From contig JAGXHX010000082.1 in assembly GCA_024635955.1 (NCBI GenBank), positions 1 through 55,147 of the forward strand: a stretch of 55,147 bases of DNA. Reading direction: 5' to 3'. Positions 9,049-19,794 of the stretch are shown here, one piece after another. The stretch's first letter is position 1. Every line of letters begins with the position of its first letter. Source of the DNA: Bacillota bacterium. Lineage in GTDB: Bacteria; Bacillota; TC1. The notes under the pieces were generated by a model. That model ran no database searches, was not told where the DNA came from, and saw nothing but the letters and a program-made list of their open reading frames with translations. The position numbers were made by a program, and so were the translations under genes.

Positions 9049-9696
9049 CTATGAAAACCAACTTTCTAAATTTTCTTTTTTTTCTTGCCTAGCAAAGACT
9101 AGAAAAGATAAATCATCATAACCATTTGACGTTAAAATTCTTATAATTTCCCTTATTGTTGATCCAGTAGTCATAACGTCATCAATAATTAGAATACTCT
9201 TCTTTTTAACCACATTTTTAATACTCATTGAATTATAAACTAATTGATTTCTGTCAATTTTTTTACTTCTATAAAGTGAAACATTATCTTTTCGTTTTAA
9301 TATGTCATCAACTTTTTTATTTAGTAAATTTCCTAATTCATAAGCCAAAAGTTTACTTTGATTAAATCCTCTTTGTTTTTCTTTAAGTATCCCCATAGGG
9401 ACATATCCTAAAAGTTCTGGTATTTTATTATTTTTTTTAAAATAAGCTTCCAACATTAAATATGCCATACCTTTTGCTAGTCCTGTATTCTTTCCAAATT
9501 TTAAATTCCATACTATATTTTTATAGTTTTGGTAATAGGGTGTAGTAAAATGCAAATCAAAATTTTTAAAACTACATCTCCCCCTTAAATTTTGGTAGAA
9601 GTCTAGTTCTCTTTTGCAATGACTACAAATAAAAGCATTTGTTTGAGCCTGACAAATAAAACAACTATTCTCCTTTTGAAACAAACTATTAAGCAT
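9049..9696 (-). CDS. comFC: ComF family protein (phosphoribosyltransferase domain with N-terminal Cys-rich region)
   Basis: N-terminal CFICQ...CSHCK zinc-finger-like pairs and the PRTase motif ILIIDDVMTTGST. Confidence 0.8.
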   Translation of the reverse strand: MLNSLFQKENSCFICQAQTNAFICSHCKRELDFYQNLRGRCSFKNFDLHFTTPYYQNYKNIVWNLKFGKNTGLAKGMAYLMLEAYFKKNNKIPELLGYVPMGILKEKQRGFNQSKLLAYELGNLLNKKVDDILKRKDNVSLYRSKKIDRNQLVYNSMSIKNVVKKKSILIIDDVMTTGSTIREIIRILTSNGYDDLSFLVFARQEKKENLESWFS

Positions 9697-9723
9697 GACT
9701 TATATCCTTATTATCTCATACAT

Positions 9724-10386
9724 TTAAAGACCTTTAAAGCTATTTTCGAAAACTTTATCTTCTACAATATTTTTAAAATTACCATACTCTAAACCTTGGC
9801 ATCTTGCTTTCAAAGCCCAATAGTCATTAGAAGGAAATACACTAAGACGATTATATTTAGGTCCTTTTAATTCCATATCCCTTAAATATCCTCTAATTTT
9901 CTGATTATCCCATTTTTGTTTATCAATATATAATGATAATTCGGGTTCTTTATTTATCATATATCCTAACAATTCAGCAAATAGCTCTCTTTTAATTATT
10001 CTTCCTTTTGTTGATATTGCAAATTCTAATAAAACATCAAGAGATTTAGCTGAACCATTCTTTGCTAGAGCCACTACTTCGCCTCTAACTAAATATGGAT
10101 TTTTTGAATAAAGAAGTTTTCTAAGACTTAAGGCTGAATCTACTTCAAGTTTTGTTGTAATATCTATTATACGCAGAACATCTTCTTCTAACATTTTATT
10201 AAAGTCATTGAATTTCACTATATAATCTAAAGAATACTTGCTAGCTATTTCTCTTAATACATAATAACATCTATGTTTAACTATATAATCTTCATTTGCA
10301 GCAAACTTAAATAGTTTATCCACTAAAAAATATTCTTCAATATCACTAGTTATTAATTGTTTTATATCATCAATGTTTACAACCAA
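9724..10386 (-). CDS. Hypothetical protein, possibly HEAT-like helical repeats
   Basis: Long ORF in operon context with helical-repeat-like segments (NPYLVRGEVVALAKNGSAKSLDVLLEF). The start is TTG and overlaps the upstream gene by 10 nt; no catalytic motif was recognised. Confidence 0.45.
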   Translation of the reverse strand: MVVNIDDIKQLITSDIEEYFLVDKLFKFAANEDYIVKHRCYYVLREIASKYSLDYIVKFNDFNKMLEEDVLRIIDITTKLEVDSALSLRKLLYSKNPYLVRGEVVALAKNGSAKSLDVLLEFAISTKGRIIKRELFAELLGYMINKEPELSLYIDKQKWDNQKIRGYLRDMELKGPKYNRLSVFPSNDYWALKARCQGLEYGNFKNIVEDKVFENSFKGL

Positions 10387-12032
10387 TTGCTAACTCTTTT
10401 CTTGAACCAACTCTCAATCATATCAATTTTTCTAAATGCATTTTGCTTGTTATTTCCCACAACATTAATATATAGTTTCAACTTAGGCTCAGTACCAGAT
10501 GGTCTTACGGCAACCCAACTGTTATCAGTAAATTTATAATAGAGCAAATCTGTATTTTCTCCATCCAAAGTAGTTTCTATATAATCAGTCAAACTATTTA
10601 GTTTTAAACTATCCTCAAACTCACCTGGACCATTATCTCTTAAATCTTTCATAATACCTTGTATCTTAACAATCCCTTCAATTCCGGGTATAACATAAGA
10701 AATTTGTTTTTCTTGATAATAGCCATGTAATTCATATAAACTATCCAATTGGTCAATTAATGTTTTACCTTGCTGTTTTAAATATCCTGCTAATTCAGCA
10801 ATTAAGAAACAGGCACTTATGCCATCCTTGTCCCTTATGAAATCTTCTGCTAAATAGCCGATACTTTCTTCATAAACAAAAGATACTCTTCCACCATCCT
10901 CTATTACTTCATTCATTTTTTTTCCTAGATTTTTAAAACCTGTAAAAGTACGCAAGGTATTCACTCCATATGAACTTGCAATCTTAGCCCCAAAATCAGA
11001 TGTAACTATAGAAGTTATAACGTGCGAATTTCCTTTTAAGTTTTTTTTACTTTTTAAAATGTAATCTATTAATAAGGCCCCGACTTGATTGCCTGTTATA
11101 TATAGATATTCTTCATTAACTAAAACCATAACACCCAGTCTGTCAGCATCTGGATCAGTTGCCAATAGGATATCTCCACCAACTTTATGACCTTCTTCAA
11201 TTATTCTTTGTAAAGCTTCTAACTCTTCTGGATTCGGTTTTTTTGCTGTAGGAAAATCTCCATCTGGTTGACTTTGTTCTTCTACTAAAAAATACTTAGC
11301 ACCTACCTCATCAAAAATCCTCTTTACAGGCTTTAAACCCACACCAAATAATGGAGTATATACGATTTTTAAATCTTTATTAAATTTATTCATACTCAGT
11401 TTTTTCACTTTTTCTATATAAATATCTTCTAACTGATTTTGGATCAATTCAATATTTTTAATATTTTCATCTAATTCAACTTTTGCAAAGCTAGCATTTT
11501 TTTTTATTTTTTCAGTCATTTCATTAGTCTCTTGTGTAGACAATTGACAACCATGATGATTATAAACCTTATACCCATTATACTCTGGAGGATTATGACT
11601 AGCTGTTAGAACAAGCCCTCCTGCCGTTTTCAACTCCCTTATAGCAAATGATAACTCAGGAGTAGATCTAATCCTATCATACATATAAACCTTTATCCCG
11701 CTACCTGAAAATACTTTTGCTGCCTCATATGCAAATTCTTTAGACATATGTCTAGTATCATAAGCGATAGCTACACCCATTTTTTTGACATTTGGTATTT
11801 TTTCAATTAAATAATCACAATACCCTTGTGTAACTGAATGGATTAAGTACTTGTTTATTCTACCAGTTCCTAGTCCTCTGATTCCTCTAATTCCTGCAGT
11901 TCCAAATTCTAAATCCTGATAGAAATTATCTTTTATTTCTTTTACAGTCATTTCTTTTAGTATTTTTTTATCTTCGTTTGTTATACCATTGTCCTTCAAC
12001 CAACGCTGATGTTTAATAGTCCAATTATCCAT
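10377..12032 (-). CDS. Phosphoglucomutase/phosphomannomutase (alpha-D-phosphohexomutase family)
   Basis: Active-site TASHNPPEYNGYK and metal-binding ATDPDADR loop; 551 aa. Confidence 0.9.
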   Translation of the reverse strand: MDNWTIKHQRWLKDNGITNEDKKILKEMTVKEIKDNFYQDLEFGTAGIRGIRGLGTGRINKYLIHSVTQGYCDYLIEKIPNVKKMGVAIAYDTRHMSKEFAYEAAKVFSGSGIKVYMYDRIRSTPELSFAIRELKTAGGLVLTASHNPPEYNGYKVYNHHGCQLSTQETNEMTEKIKKNASFAKVELDENIKNIELIQNQLEDIYIEKVKKLSMNKFNKDLKIVYTPLFGVGLKPVKRIFDEVGAKYFLVEEQSQPDGDFPTAKKPNPEELEALQRIIEEGHKVGGDILLATDPDADRLGVMVLVNEEYLYITGNQVGALLIDYILKSKKNLKGNSHVITSIVTSDFGAKIASSYGVNTLRTFTGFKNLGKKMNEVIEDGGRVSFVYEESIGYLAEDFIRDKDGISACFLIAELAGYLKQQGKTLIDQLDSLYELHGYYQEKQISYVIPGIEGIVKIQGIMKDLRDNGPGEFEDSLKLNSLTDYIETTLDGENTDLLYYKFTDNSWVAVRPSGTEPKLKLYINVVGNNKQNAFRKIDMIESWFKKRVSNWL

Positions 12033-12042
12033 GCCTATCTCC

Positions 12043-12651
12043 TTATCTAATTAATATAAATATTAATACTAGTATTCCTGTAAACATTAGTAATCCTACT
12101 GTTTTTAAAAAATCTTTGATAAATTCATTTTTATTGTAGTCTATATCATCATATTCAAGAATATCATCATCATCTTTTTTTTCAAAATCTTCTTTATTTA
12201 ATACAACTTGAATAAGTTCACGCTTCTTATCATTTTTCTTCCTTTTTTTATAACCATAAAAAGAGTCTTCCATATCTCTTTCAGTTGGAACCTCCCCTTT
12301 ATTTGCCTTAGAAAATAGTTCGTCTCCATTAGGTTTTTCATCATTGACTAATTCAATTGTATTGATTTTTCTTGTATTTTCATAATCTATCAAGCTATTT
12401 TCAATTGGTATGTTAAGATTCCTGAGATTTTTATTTGCCAGAAGATCTTTATAAACAAGAGCTAATACCTTGAATTCTTCAAGTTTATTTTCATTAACTA
12501 AAACAATAATGCTTTTTTCATTAACTAATGTCTGAATGTTTAAAACTTCTTCTTCTTCTATTTTGTACTGAAATTGATGAAAATCCAAAAATGACAGGAA
12601 TTCCTTAACATTTAAATCTCTGTCAAGTTTTAGTCTTAATAAATCATCCAT
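12043..12651 (-). CDS. Hypothetical protein with acidic/basic low-complexity middle and a C-terminal TM anchor
   Basis: Good GGAGG SD and ATG, and a C-terminal LLMFTGILVLIFILI helix. No recognisable domain. Confidence 0.45.
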   Translation of the reverse strand: MDDLLRLKLDRDLNVKEFLSFLDFHQFQYKIEEEEVLNIQTLVNEKSIIVLVNENKLEEFKVLALVYKDLLANKNLRNLNIPIENSLIDYENTRKINTIELVNDEKPNGDELFSKANKGEVPTERDMEDSFYGYKKRKKNDKKRELIQVVLNKEDFEKKDDDDILEYDDIDYNKNEFIKDFLKTVGLLMFTGILVLIFILIR

Positions 12652-12673
12652 TTAAAACCTCCACTTATATATT

Positions 12674-13486
12674 CTACTTGTTTCGCAATATTTCTTTGGC
12701 TATACGAGAACATTCAACATTTTCTTTTATATCATGTACCCTTATAATATTAGCTCCATTTAAAACCCCAATAGCGGTAGTTGCCAATGTCCCAGATAAA
12801 CTTTCATTAGGTTTCAATTTTAAAGTATCCCAAATAATTCTTTTTCTTGATGCTCCTAATAAAATCGGTTTCCCATATTTTTTTAAGTTGCTCAAATTAC
12901 TTATAAGTCTGAAACTTTGTTCAGAAGTAATTCCAAAACCAATACCAGGATCAAGTATAATTTTTTCCTCTTTAATACCAAAAGCATGAGCATTTTCCAG
13001 AGATTTGTTTAAAAATATATCTAAATCTTTTAAAATATCCCCTGATGTTTCCATAATTCTACGATTCATCATAACACAAATAGGAACACCATAGTAAGAA
13101 ACTACTTCACCTAATCTTCTATCCCCTTGCAAGCCCATTATATCATTTATCATACTTGCACCAGCTTTAATTGATGCTTCTGCTACATCACCCTTATAAG
13201 TATCAACAGATATAGGGATGTCCACTTGTTCAGCTAATAATCTTATCGGTTCAAGTATTCTTTCCAACTCATCTTTAGACTCAACAAAAGTGGCACCAGG
13301 TCTCGTTGATTCGCCACCTATATCTATGATGTCTACGCCCTCTTCAACCATGTCAAGAGCTCTTGCCAAAGCTTTTTGGGCATTAAAATATTCTCCCCCA
13401 TCTGAGAAAGAATCAGGTGTTACATTTAAAATTCCCATAATATAGACCTTCTTATCAAAATCAAAAACTTTGGTGCCGATAATCAT
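12674..13486 (-). CDS. folP: Dihydropteroate synthase
   Basis: IMGILNVTPDSFSDGG, DIGGESTRPG and DPGIGFG motifs. Start placed at the ATG at 13486 (GGAG 6 nt upstream), because a TATAAT at 13525-13520 would exclude the longer track start. Confidence 0.9.
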   Translation of the reverse strand: MIIGTKVFDFDKKVYIMGILNVTPDSFSDGGEYFNAQKALARALDMVEEGVDIIDIGGESTRPGATFVESKDELERILEPIRLLAEQVDIPISVDTYKGDVAEASIKAGASMINDIMGLQGDRRLGEVVSYYGVPICVMMNRRIMETSGDILKDLDIFLNKSLENAHAFGIKEEKIILDPGIGFGITSEQSFRLISNLSNLKKYGKPILLGASRKRIIWDTLKLKPNESLSGTLATTAIGVLNGANIIRVHDIKENVECSRIAKEILRNK

Positions 13487-13573
13487 TATATACTCCATAT
13501 ATTTCTTGTTTATTAATTTATTATAACAAATTATCATTTTTTTTTCATCTATCTCTATTCAGTCTTTTTCTTT

Positions 13574-13597
13574 AAATGTTAAGTTTTCTAAACTTTT
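13574..13597. repeat. Copy 1 of a 24-bp repeat containing the palindrome AAGTTT-n3-AAACTT (candidate operator)
   Basis: AAATGTTAAGTTTTCTAAACTTTT, 23/24 identical to copy 2. It ends 14 bp upstream of the -35 element. Confidence 0.6.
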
Positions 13598-13610
13598 AAA
13601 GAAAAAACAC

Positions 13611-13639
13611 TTTACAATCGGTTTTACTTTCTGTATAAT
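13611..13639 (+). promoter_or_regulatory. Sigma-A-type promoter for the FTR1 permease gene (TTTACA-17 nt-TATAAT)
   Basis: TTTACA at 13611-13616 and TATAAT at 13634-13639, with a 17-nt spacer. Confidence 0.55.
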
Positions 13640-13654
13640 AATGCCTGTAAGCAA

Positions 13655-13678
13655 AAATGTTAAGTTTACTAAACTTTT
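13655..13678. repeat. Copy 2 of the 24-bp palindrome-containing repeat (candidate operator, downstream of -10)
   Basis: AAATGTTAAGTTTACTAAACTTTT, beginning 16 bp downstream of the -10 hexamer. Confidence 0.6.
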
Positions 13679-13724
13679 TCAATTTACTGCAACTTACATA
13701 TTAATATAAAGGAAGTGTTACATA

Positions 13725-14546
13725 ATGAACCAATTATTACCAAGTATTTTACTAAGTCTTAGGGAAGGTCTTGAAGCTTTTTTAATCATAATAATAATAC
13801 TTAAATTTTTAGATAAGATTAAAAGAGTTGATTTAAAAAGAAATGTTGCTAAAGGTGCTGGATTAGGTTTGTTTCTATCATCAGTTATAGGAGGAATCTT
13901 ATTTTTATTAAGTAATAGCATTAATCAGCTAGATACAACAGCGCAACTTTGGGAAAGTGGAGCCTCTTTTGTAGCCCTAATTTTGGTAACTACTTTTATT
14001 ATATGGATGATTAAACACGGAGCGAATTTATCTACAGAAATAGAAGCTAAAACTGAACAGAATTTATCAAAGGTTGGTATAATAGCCTTAGTAACATTAA
14101 TGGTAGCAAGAGAAGGTGCTGAAATTGCAATATTTTCTTTTGCAGGTGAATACAATATTTCAGGAATTTTAATTGGCTTAGTTTTAGCTCTAATTATTGC
14201 CATATTATTTCATTACTCATTAATAAAATTTAATCTAAAAACAATATTTAATATAACATTAGCTTATTTAATACTTCAAGCTGGTTATTTACTTGGAACA
14301 AGCATCCATGAAGCACTAGAAGTTTTAGAAACACTAGGTTATTTAGCACAAAATAGTTTTATATTAACTAAAGCATTTGATCTTTCATCCACAATCTTTA
14401 ACTACAAAGAAGGTATTTTAGGAATACCATTGAATGTTTTATTTGGTTGGAATTCTAAACCAGAATGGATAAGATTCATCACTCAGTACAGTTACACTAT
14501 CTTGATATTTTCACTATGGCTTAAAAATAAAAAATTAAAGGATTAA
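13725..14546 (+). CDS. FTR1/EfeU family iron permease
   Basis: Two REGxE motifs (REGLEAF near the N-terminus and REGAEIA mid-protein) in a 7-TM-like protein. Confidence 0.85.
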   Translation: MNQLLPSILLSLREGLEAFLIIIIILKFLDKIKRVDLKRNVAKGAGLGLFLSSVIGGILFLLSNSINQLDTTAQLWESGASFVALILVTTFIIWMIKHGANLSTEIEAKTEQNLSKVGIIALVTLMVAREGAEIAIFSFAGEYNISGILIGLVLALIIAILFHYSLIKFNLKTIFNITLAYLILQAGYLLGTSIHEALEVLETLGYLAQNSFILTKAFDLSSTIFNYKEGILGIPLNVLFGWNSKPEWIRFITQYSYTILIFSLWLKNKKLKD

Positions 14547-14600
14547 GTAATTAATAACTGCACCCAAAAAGGTTGAACAAAAATTAATTAAGAAACCATA

Positions 14601-14645
14601 GAGGAATGGGTTCTGTAATATACAGAACTCATTCCTCTTCTTTTC
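14601..14645 (+). terminator. Rho-independent terminator after the FTR1 gene
   Basis: GAGGAATGGGTTCTG / CAGAACTCATTCCTC forms a 15-bp stem with one G-U pair, followed by a T-rich tail. Confidence 0.75.
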
Positions 14646-14812
14646 CCTTGGTTCTAAGTTTATTGGTATTATAAATATATTCATAAATTCTGAAGTCTTT
14701 AACTACTTTTTGTTTGAATTCAACTGCGCATCTCTTGTTTGGTATTCCTTTTTGATTGTTTTGTGGCTATTATCCCACAGGTCTAAATTTTTGGAAGCAA
14801 TTCAATAATTAC

Positions 14813-15595
14813 TTAATTCTTCAAACTTTTTATAAACGACCCAACGTATTCAGGTGAATCTATTCCATATTGAGCAATAATATTTACAATTGCACTACCT
14901 ATAATAAAGCCATCCCATCCACCTTTAAGACCATCAATTTGTTTCTTGTTAGATAAGCCAAAACCTAGAGCCAAAGGTAGATTGGTAATACTTCTTAAAC
15001 GGTTGTAGAAATCAGACAAATCTGTTGTTATTTTCTTGCGTTCACCTGTTACCCCAAGTGAAGATACGCAATATATAAAACCTTCGCTTTCTTTTACTGT
15101 CTTTAATAATCTATCAGACTTAGTTGTTGGTGCGACCAAATTGATAATATATATCTCTTTAGCTGAAGCATAGCTCTTTAATTCACTAACTTCTTCTATG
15201 GGCAAGTCAGGTATTATCAAACCATCAATGCCAGCTTCAGTACATTTTCCCATGAATTTATCTTTTCCATATTTATATATTAAATTTACATAGAGCATCA
15301 ATATAATAGGAATGTTATAATCTACTCTCAATTTTTTAACTAAATTAAAAACATCATCAGTTGTAGTATTGCTAGCCAATGCTCTATAACTGGCTTTTTC
15401 TATGGTAGGTCCCTCTGCCAGAGGATCTGAAAAGGGTATTCCAATTTCCAATATGTCAATTCCCTCAGCAATCATTTCCCTAATTACTTTATAGGATGTT
15501 TCAATATCTGGATCGCCTGCAGTTACAAAGGTAATAAGTGCTTTTTTATTTGATTCTTTTAATTCTTTGAACTTCAAATCTATTCTATTGTTCAT
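14813..15595 (-). CDS. trpA: Tryptophan synthase alpha chain
   Basis: [17 protein letters not shown] and GFGLS motifs. Last gene of the trp operon, overlapping trpB by 11 nt. Confidence 0.93.
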   Translation of the reverse strand: MNNRIDLKFKELKESNKKALITFVTAGDPDIETSYKVIREMIAEGIDILEIGIPFSDPLAEGPTIEKASYRALASNTTTDDVFNLVKKLRVDYNIPIILMLYVNLIYKYGKDKFMGKCTEAGIDGLIIPDLPIEEVSELKSYASAKEIYIINLVAPTTKSDRLLKTVKESEGFIYCVSSLGVTGERKKITTDLSDFYNRLRSITNLPLALGFGLSNKKQIDGLKGGWDGFIIGSAIVNIIAQYGIDSPEYVGSFIKSLKN

Positions 15596-16769
15596 TTATT
15601 TCCACTCCTTTATACTTAGCAACTTGATAAACGTCTTTATCACCTCTACCTGATAAATTAACTACAATAATTTTATCCTTATCTAGCTGTTTTGCTAAAT
15701 TCATAGCATAATAAATAGCATGAGCACTTTCAATGGCTGGGATTATTCCTTCCATTTTAGATAAATATTCAAAAGCGTCAATAGCCTCCTCATCTGTTAC
15801 TGGAAAGTAGTTGGCTCTTCCGATGGAATATAAATAGGCATGTTCCGGCCCTATTCCTGGATAATCCAGTCCAGCAGACATAGAATAAACTGGCATAATC
15901 TTCCCGAAATCATCTTGAAGAAACTTAGATTTCATACCATGGAAAATACCTGTACTACCCTTACTTATTGTAGCAGCGTGGAAATCTGTATCAAGACCCT
16001 CACCAGCAGCTTCAACTCCAATTAGTTTAACCTGTTCATCTTTTATAAAGTCGTAGAAAATTCCAATTGCATTACTCCCACCGCCAACACAGGCTACAAC
16101 TGCATCAGGTAATTTTCCTTCAGCTAATAATATCTGCTCTCTGACTTCCTCTCCAATAATTTTTTGAAATTCTCTTACCATTACTGGATAGGGATGGGGC
16201 CCAACTACCGAACCCATAAGATAATATGTATCCTCCACTTCTCTGGTCCATTGTCTAAATGCTTCATTTACAGCATCTTTCAAAGTACCTGTACCTGAGT
16301 CAACACTTGTTACCTTAGCTCCTAATAGTTCCATTCTAAAAACATTCAAGGCTTGTCTTTCAACATCTTCTTTACCCATAAATATATGACATTCTATTTT
16401 AAACAATGCTGCAATTGTAGCAGTTGCTACTCCATGTTGACCAGCTCCTGTTTCACATATAATTTTCTTTTTACCCATTTTCTTTGCTAAAAGCATTTGT
16501 CCCAAAACATTATTAATCTTATGGGAACCTGTATGATTCAAATCTTCCCTTTTTAAATATATTTTTGCTCCTCCAAGATCTTTGGTCATTTCACTAGCAT
16601 AATATAGTTTAGAAGGTCGATTTGCTACATTCTCATAAAGTTCCTTAAGTTCTCTATTAAATTCAGGATCCTCACTATATTTAGCAAAAGCTTTTTCAAT
16701 TTCAATCAAAGCCTCCATTAAGGTTTCTGGAACATATTGTCCTCCGAATTCTCCAAATTTTTTATCCAT
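15585..16769 (-). CDS. trpB: Tryptophan synthase beta chain
   Basis: [16 protein letters not shown] with the PLP lysine, plus a GGGSNAIG motif. Confidence 0.95.
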   Translation of the reverse strand: MDKKFGEFGGQYVPETLMEALIEIEKAFAKYSEDPEFNRELKELYENVANRPSKLYYASEMTKDLGGAKIYLKREDLNHTGSHKINNVLGQMLLAKKMGKKKIICETGAGQHGVATATIAALFKIECHIFMGKEDVERQALNVFRMELLGAKVTSVDSGTGTLKDAVNEAFRQWTREVEDTYYLMGSVVGPHPYPVMVREFQKIIGEEVREQILLAEGKLPDAVVACVGGGSNAIGIFYDFIKDEQVKLIGVEAAGEGLDTDFHAATISKGSTGIFHGMKSKFLQDDFGKIMPVYSMSAGLDYPGIGPEHAYLYSIGRANYFPVTDEEAIDAFEYLSKMEGIIPAIESAHAIYYAMNLAKQLDKDKIIVVNLSGRGDKDVYQVAKYKGVEINEQ

Positions 16770-17376
16770 AATTCTTTACCCTCCTACTAATTTCTCTCAT
16801 TAACTCTATATTTTTAGCACTATCCATCTCTATCCCACTACAAATATCCAAGCCATAAGGTTTAAGTTTATTAATTGCCGTTTCAATATTGTTGACACCT
16901 AAACCACCCGCCAAAAAATATGGCTTGTTAAAATCTTTTTCATATTTATTGATCAATTCCCAGTCAGCAACTTCACCACTTCCACCACCTTTTGTACTAT
17001 CAATTAGTACAAAATCTGCTGAAATCAGATTAAATTGCTCCAAGGATTTTTCATCTCCAGGAATAGCTCTCCAGATTTCTTTTCCTGTTCTTATTTTTAA
17101 CTCTTTTAAATATTCATTTGATTCAGAACCATGAATTTGAATAATATTCAACTTCACAAATTCAGCAATATCTATAACCTCATCTATACTTTGGTCCATA
17201 AAAATACCAACTAATTTAACTTGACCAAAATCTATTTCTTTGATTATTTCAGCCCCTTGATATTTGTCAATCTTTCTTTTGCTATTGGCAAATATCAAGC
17301 CAAGGTAATCTATATTACAATTAAGTGCTTTTTTAATATCCTCTTTAGATCTGAACCCACAAAATTTTAATTTCAT
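16762..17376 (-). CDS. trpF: Phosphoribosylanthranilate isomerase
   Basis: MKLKFCGF start, QIHGSE motif and FLAGGL motif, in operon position between trpC and trpB. Confidence 0.9.
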   Translation of the reverse strand: MKLKFCGFRSKEDIKKALNCNIDYLGLIFANSKRKIDKYQGAEIIKEIDFGQVKLVGIFMDQSIDEVIDIAEFVKLNIIQIHGSESNEYLKELKIRTGKEIWRAIPGDEKSLEQFNLISADFVLIDSTKGGGSGEVADWELINKYEKDFNKPYFLAGGLGVNNIETAINKLKPYGLDICSGIEMDSAKNIELMREISRRVKNYG

Positions 17377-18152
17377 ATTCCTAGTCCCTCTATAGTTTTA
17401 CTAATATCTGAAGATTTCATAAGTGTTTCACCTATTAGAACACCACTTAAGCCCAAACTCTTTAAAAACATAATATCTTCAGGAGTTTTAATTCCACTTT
17501 CTGAAATGATGAATATACCTTCAGGTATAAACTTTATTAGACTTTCTGTTGTTTTTAAATCAACATCGAAAGTTTTTAAATTTCTATTATTTATACCTAT
17601 AATTTTAGCTCCAACTTCTATCGCCAACTTAAGTTCTTCTTCAGTGTGAACTTCTACAATAACATCTAGCCCTAATTCTTCAGCAATTTTCAAATATTCA
17701 TTTAATAATGTTCTGTCAAGTATAGCTACTATTAAAAGTATAACAGAAGCACCTAGATATTTACTGTGATAAATTTGATATGAATCAATTATAAAATCTT
17801 TTCGTAATATTGGTATATTCACATTTTTACTGATCTCTTTTAAATACAAATTACTACCTAAGAAATAACTCTCTTCAGTCAATACAGATATTGCTCCTGC
17901 TCCAGCCTTTTCGTAGTTTACAGCAATACTCACTGGTTGAAAATCTTCAATTATCACGCCTTTTGAGGGAGATGCTTTTTTAACCTCAGCTATTAGAGTA
18001 AATTTCTTAGACTTTAAAATCTTTTTAAAAGCAAAGTTCTTGCTAGTATTCTTATTCTTCTCCAAAATATTTTTTATTTCATTTAAACTAATATCTGCCT
18101 TTTCTTTAATTAATTGTTCTTTCCGTTTTTCAACAATTTCATCTAATATCAT
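17373..18152 (-). CDS. trpC: Indole-3-glycerol phosphate synthase
   Basis: IAEVKKASPSKG, ISVLTE and NNRNL motifs. Start placed at the ATG at 18152 (MILDEIV), 5 nt after GGAGG. Confidence 0.9.
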   Translation of the reverse strand: MILDEIVEKRKEQLIKEKADISLNEIKNILEKNKNTSKNFAFKKILKSKKFTLIAEVKKASPSKGVIIEDFQPVSIAVNYEKAGAGAISVLTEESYFLGSNLYLKEISKNVNIPILRKDFIIDSYQIYHSKYLGASVILLIVAILDRTLLNEYLKIAEELGLDVIVEVHTEEELKLAIEVGAKIIGINNRNLKTFDVDLKTTESLIKFIPEGIFIISESGIKTPEDIMFLKSLGLSGVLIGETLMKSSDISKTIEGLGI

Positions 18153-19794
18153 TAGTTCCTCCATTACTGGCCTTTATAAGTTCCTGTAATTTTTTCAAGG
18201 CTTTACCTGAGTCAATAGATTCTTCAGCTAGTTTTATCCCTTCATCTATTGTCTTTGCTAAACCTCTAATATATAGTGCACAAGCACTATTAAAAACAAC
18301 TATATCTCTTTTCGGTCCTTTTAGACCGCCTAATATATTTAAGGTAATTCTGCTATTTTCTAAGCTATCCCCACCAATTAACATTGAAAGTTCAACTTTT
18401 GGCAGTCCATAATCTTCACCTTTAATTAAGTATTTCCTCATTTTCCCATTTTTAATTTCACATACTAAGGTTTCTGCTGTAGTTGATACTTCATCAAGTC
18501 CATCTAATCCATGTACTACCATTCCACCTTTAATACCTAAATTTAGTAAAACTTTTCCTAATGGTTCAACTAGTGCTTCATCATAAACGCCCATTAAAAT
18601 ATATTCTGTTGCCGCAGGATTAGCTAATGGACCCAAAATATTAAAAACACTTCTTAAACCAACCTCACGTCTAGGAGTTGCAGCAAATCTCATAGATTTA
18701 TGGAATACTGGAGCAAACATAAATGCAACACCTACTTCATCTACTATTTCTTTTACTCGATTAGGACTTAAATCTATTTTAACTCCTAATTTTTCTAAAA
18801 CATCAGCGCTTCCACTTTTACTACTAACACTTCTATTACCATGCTTTGCAACTTCAGCACCTGCTCCAGCTATTATAAAGGCAGAAGTAGTAGAAATATT
18901 AAAAGTTTGATGAAGGTCTCCACCAGTACCAACTATATCTATTGCTGACTCTAACCCTTCAACTAATGTAGCATTTTTCCTCATTGTTTTGGCAAATCCA
19001 GTTATTTCTTCTATAGTTTCACCTTTTATACTTAAAGCTGTAATAAAAGATGCTATTTGTGAGTCTGTAGAATAGTTATTCATTATAATATCCATAGCTT
19101 CACTTGCCTCATCTTCAGTAAGATTTATTCCGATTGCTACTTTTTTGATATAAACTTTCAACTGATTTTTCTCACTTTGCGGAATATTAATTTCAACACT
19201 TTTTAAAGTATTTAACTTTAAACCTATTATTTCTGTTATAAAATTTTTGACTATTAATTTACCATATTTTGTCAAAATAGATTCTGGATGATACTGCACT
19301 CCATAAAGTGGAAATGACTTGTCCTCCATTGACATAATTTCACCGTCATCAGTCATACCCGTTATTATTAAATTATTTGGCAAAGAATCTTTTTCTACTG
19401 CCAGAGAATGATACCTAGCTACGTTGATCTTATCAGGAAATCCTTTGTATAATTTACTTCTATTGTCAATTTGAATCATGTTTGACTTTCCATGAACAAT
19501 TTCTTTGGCATATGATACCACTCCGCCGAATACTTCACCAATAGCTTGATGACCTAAACAAACTCCTAATATTGGTATATTTTGATAAAATTCACTAATC
19601 ACATCAAGGCTAATTCCACCGTCAATCGGTCTTCCCGGACCTGGTGAAATAACAATACCATCAGGTTTTAATTCTTTTATTTCATCAATGGTTATTTCAT
19701 CATTTCTTCTTACTAGCACATCACTATAGAGCTCTCCTAAATACTGATATAAATTATATGTAAAAGAATCATAATTATCTATTATTAAAATCAT
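18139..19794 (-). CDS. trpGD: Bifunctional anthranilate synthase glutamine amidotransferase component / anthranilate phosphoribosyltransferase (TrpG-TrpD fusion)
   Basis: N-terminal GATase1 region (GVCLGHQAIG, YHPES) is followed by TrpD motifs (GTGGD, KHGNRSVSSKSGSADVLE). Confidence 0.92.
   Translation of the reverse strand: MILIIDNYDSFTYNLYQYLGELYSDVLVRRNDEITIDEIKELKPDGIVISPGPGRPIDGGISLDVISEFYQNIPILGVCLGHQAIGEVFGGVVSYAKEIVHGKSNMIQIDNRSKLYKGFPDKINVARYHSLAVEKDSLPNNLIITGMTDDGEIMSMEDKSFPLYGVQYHPESILTKYGKLIVKNFITEIIGLKLNTLKSVEINIPQSEKNQLKVYIKKVAIGINLTEDEASEAMDIIMNNYSTDSQIASFITALSIKGETIEEITGFAKTMRKNATLVEGLESAIDIVGTGGDLHQTFNISTTSAFIIAGAGAEVAKHGNRSVSSKSGSADVLEKLGVKIDLSPNRVKEIVDEVGVAFMFAPVFHKSMRFAATPRREVGLRSVFNILGPLANPAATEYILMGVYDEALVEPLGKVLLNLGIKGGMVVHGLDGLDEVSTTAETLVCEIKNGKMRKYLIKGEDYGLPKVELSMLIGGDSLENSRITLNILGGLKGPKRDIVVFNSACALYIRGLAKTIDEGIKLAEESIDSGKALKKLQELIKASNGGTNDIR

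Noticed and set aside
14641-14765. Minus-strand frame encoding PQNNQKGIPNKRCAVEFKQKVVKDF..., reminiscent of the N-terminus of some IS3-family OrfA proteins (PNKRY..EFK..VV), in the FTR1-trpA spacer
   Set aside because: Only about 20 residues resemble a transposase. There is no start codon, no inverted repeats were found, and the frame runs into the FTR1 terminator. This is too weak to call an IS remnant without a database search.
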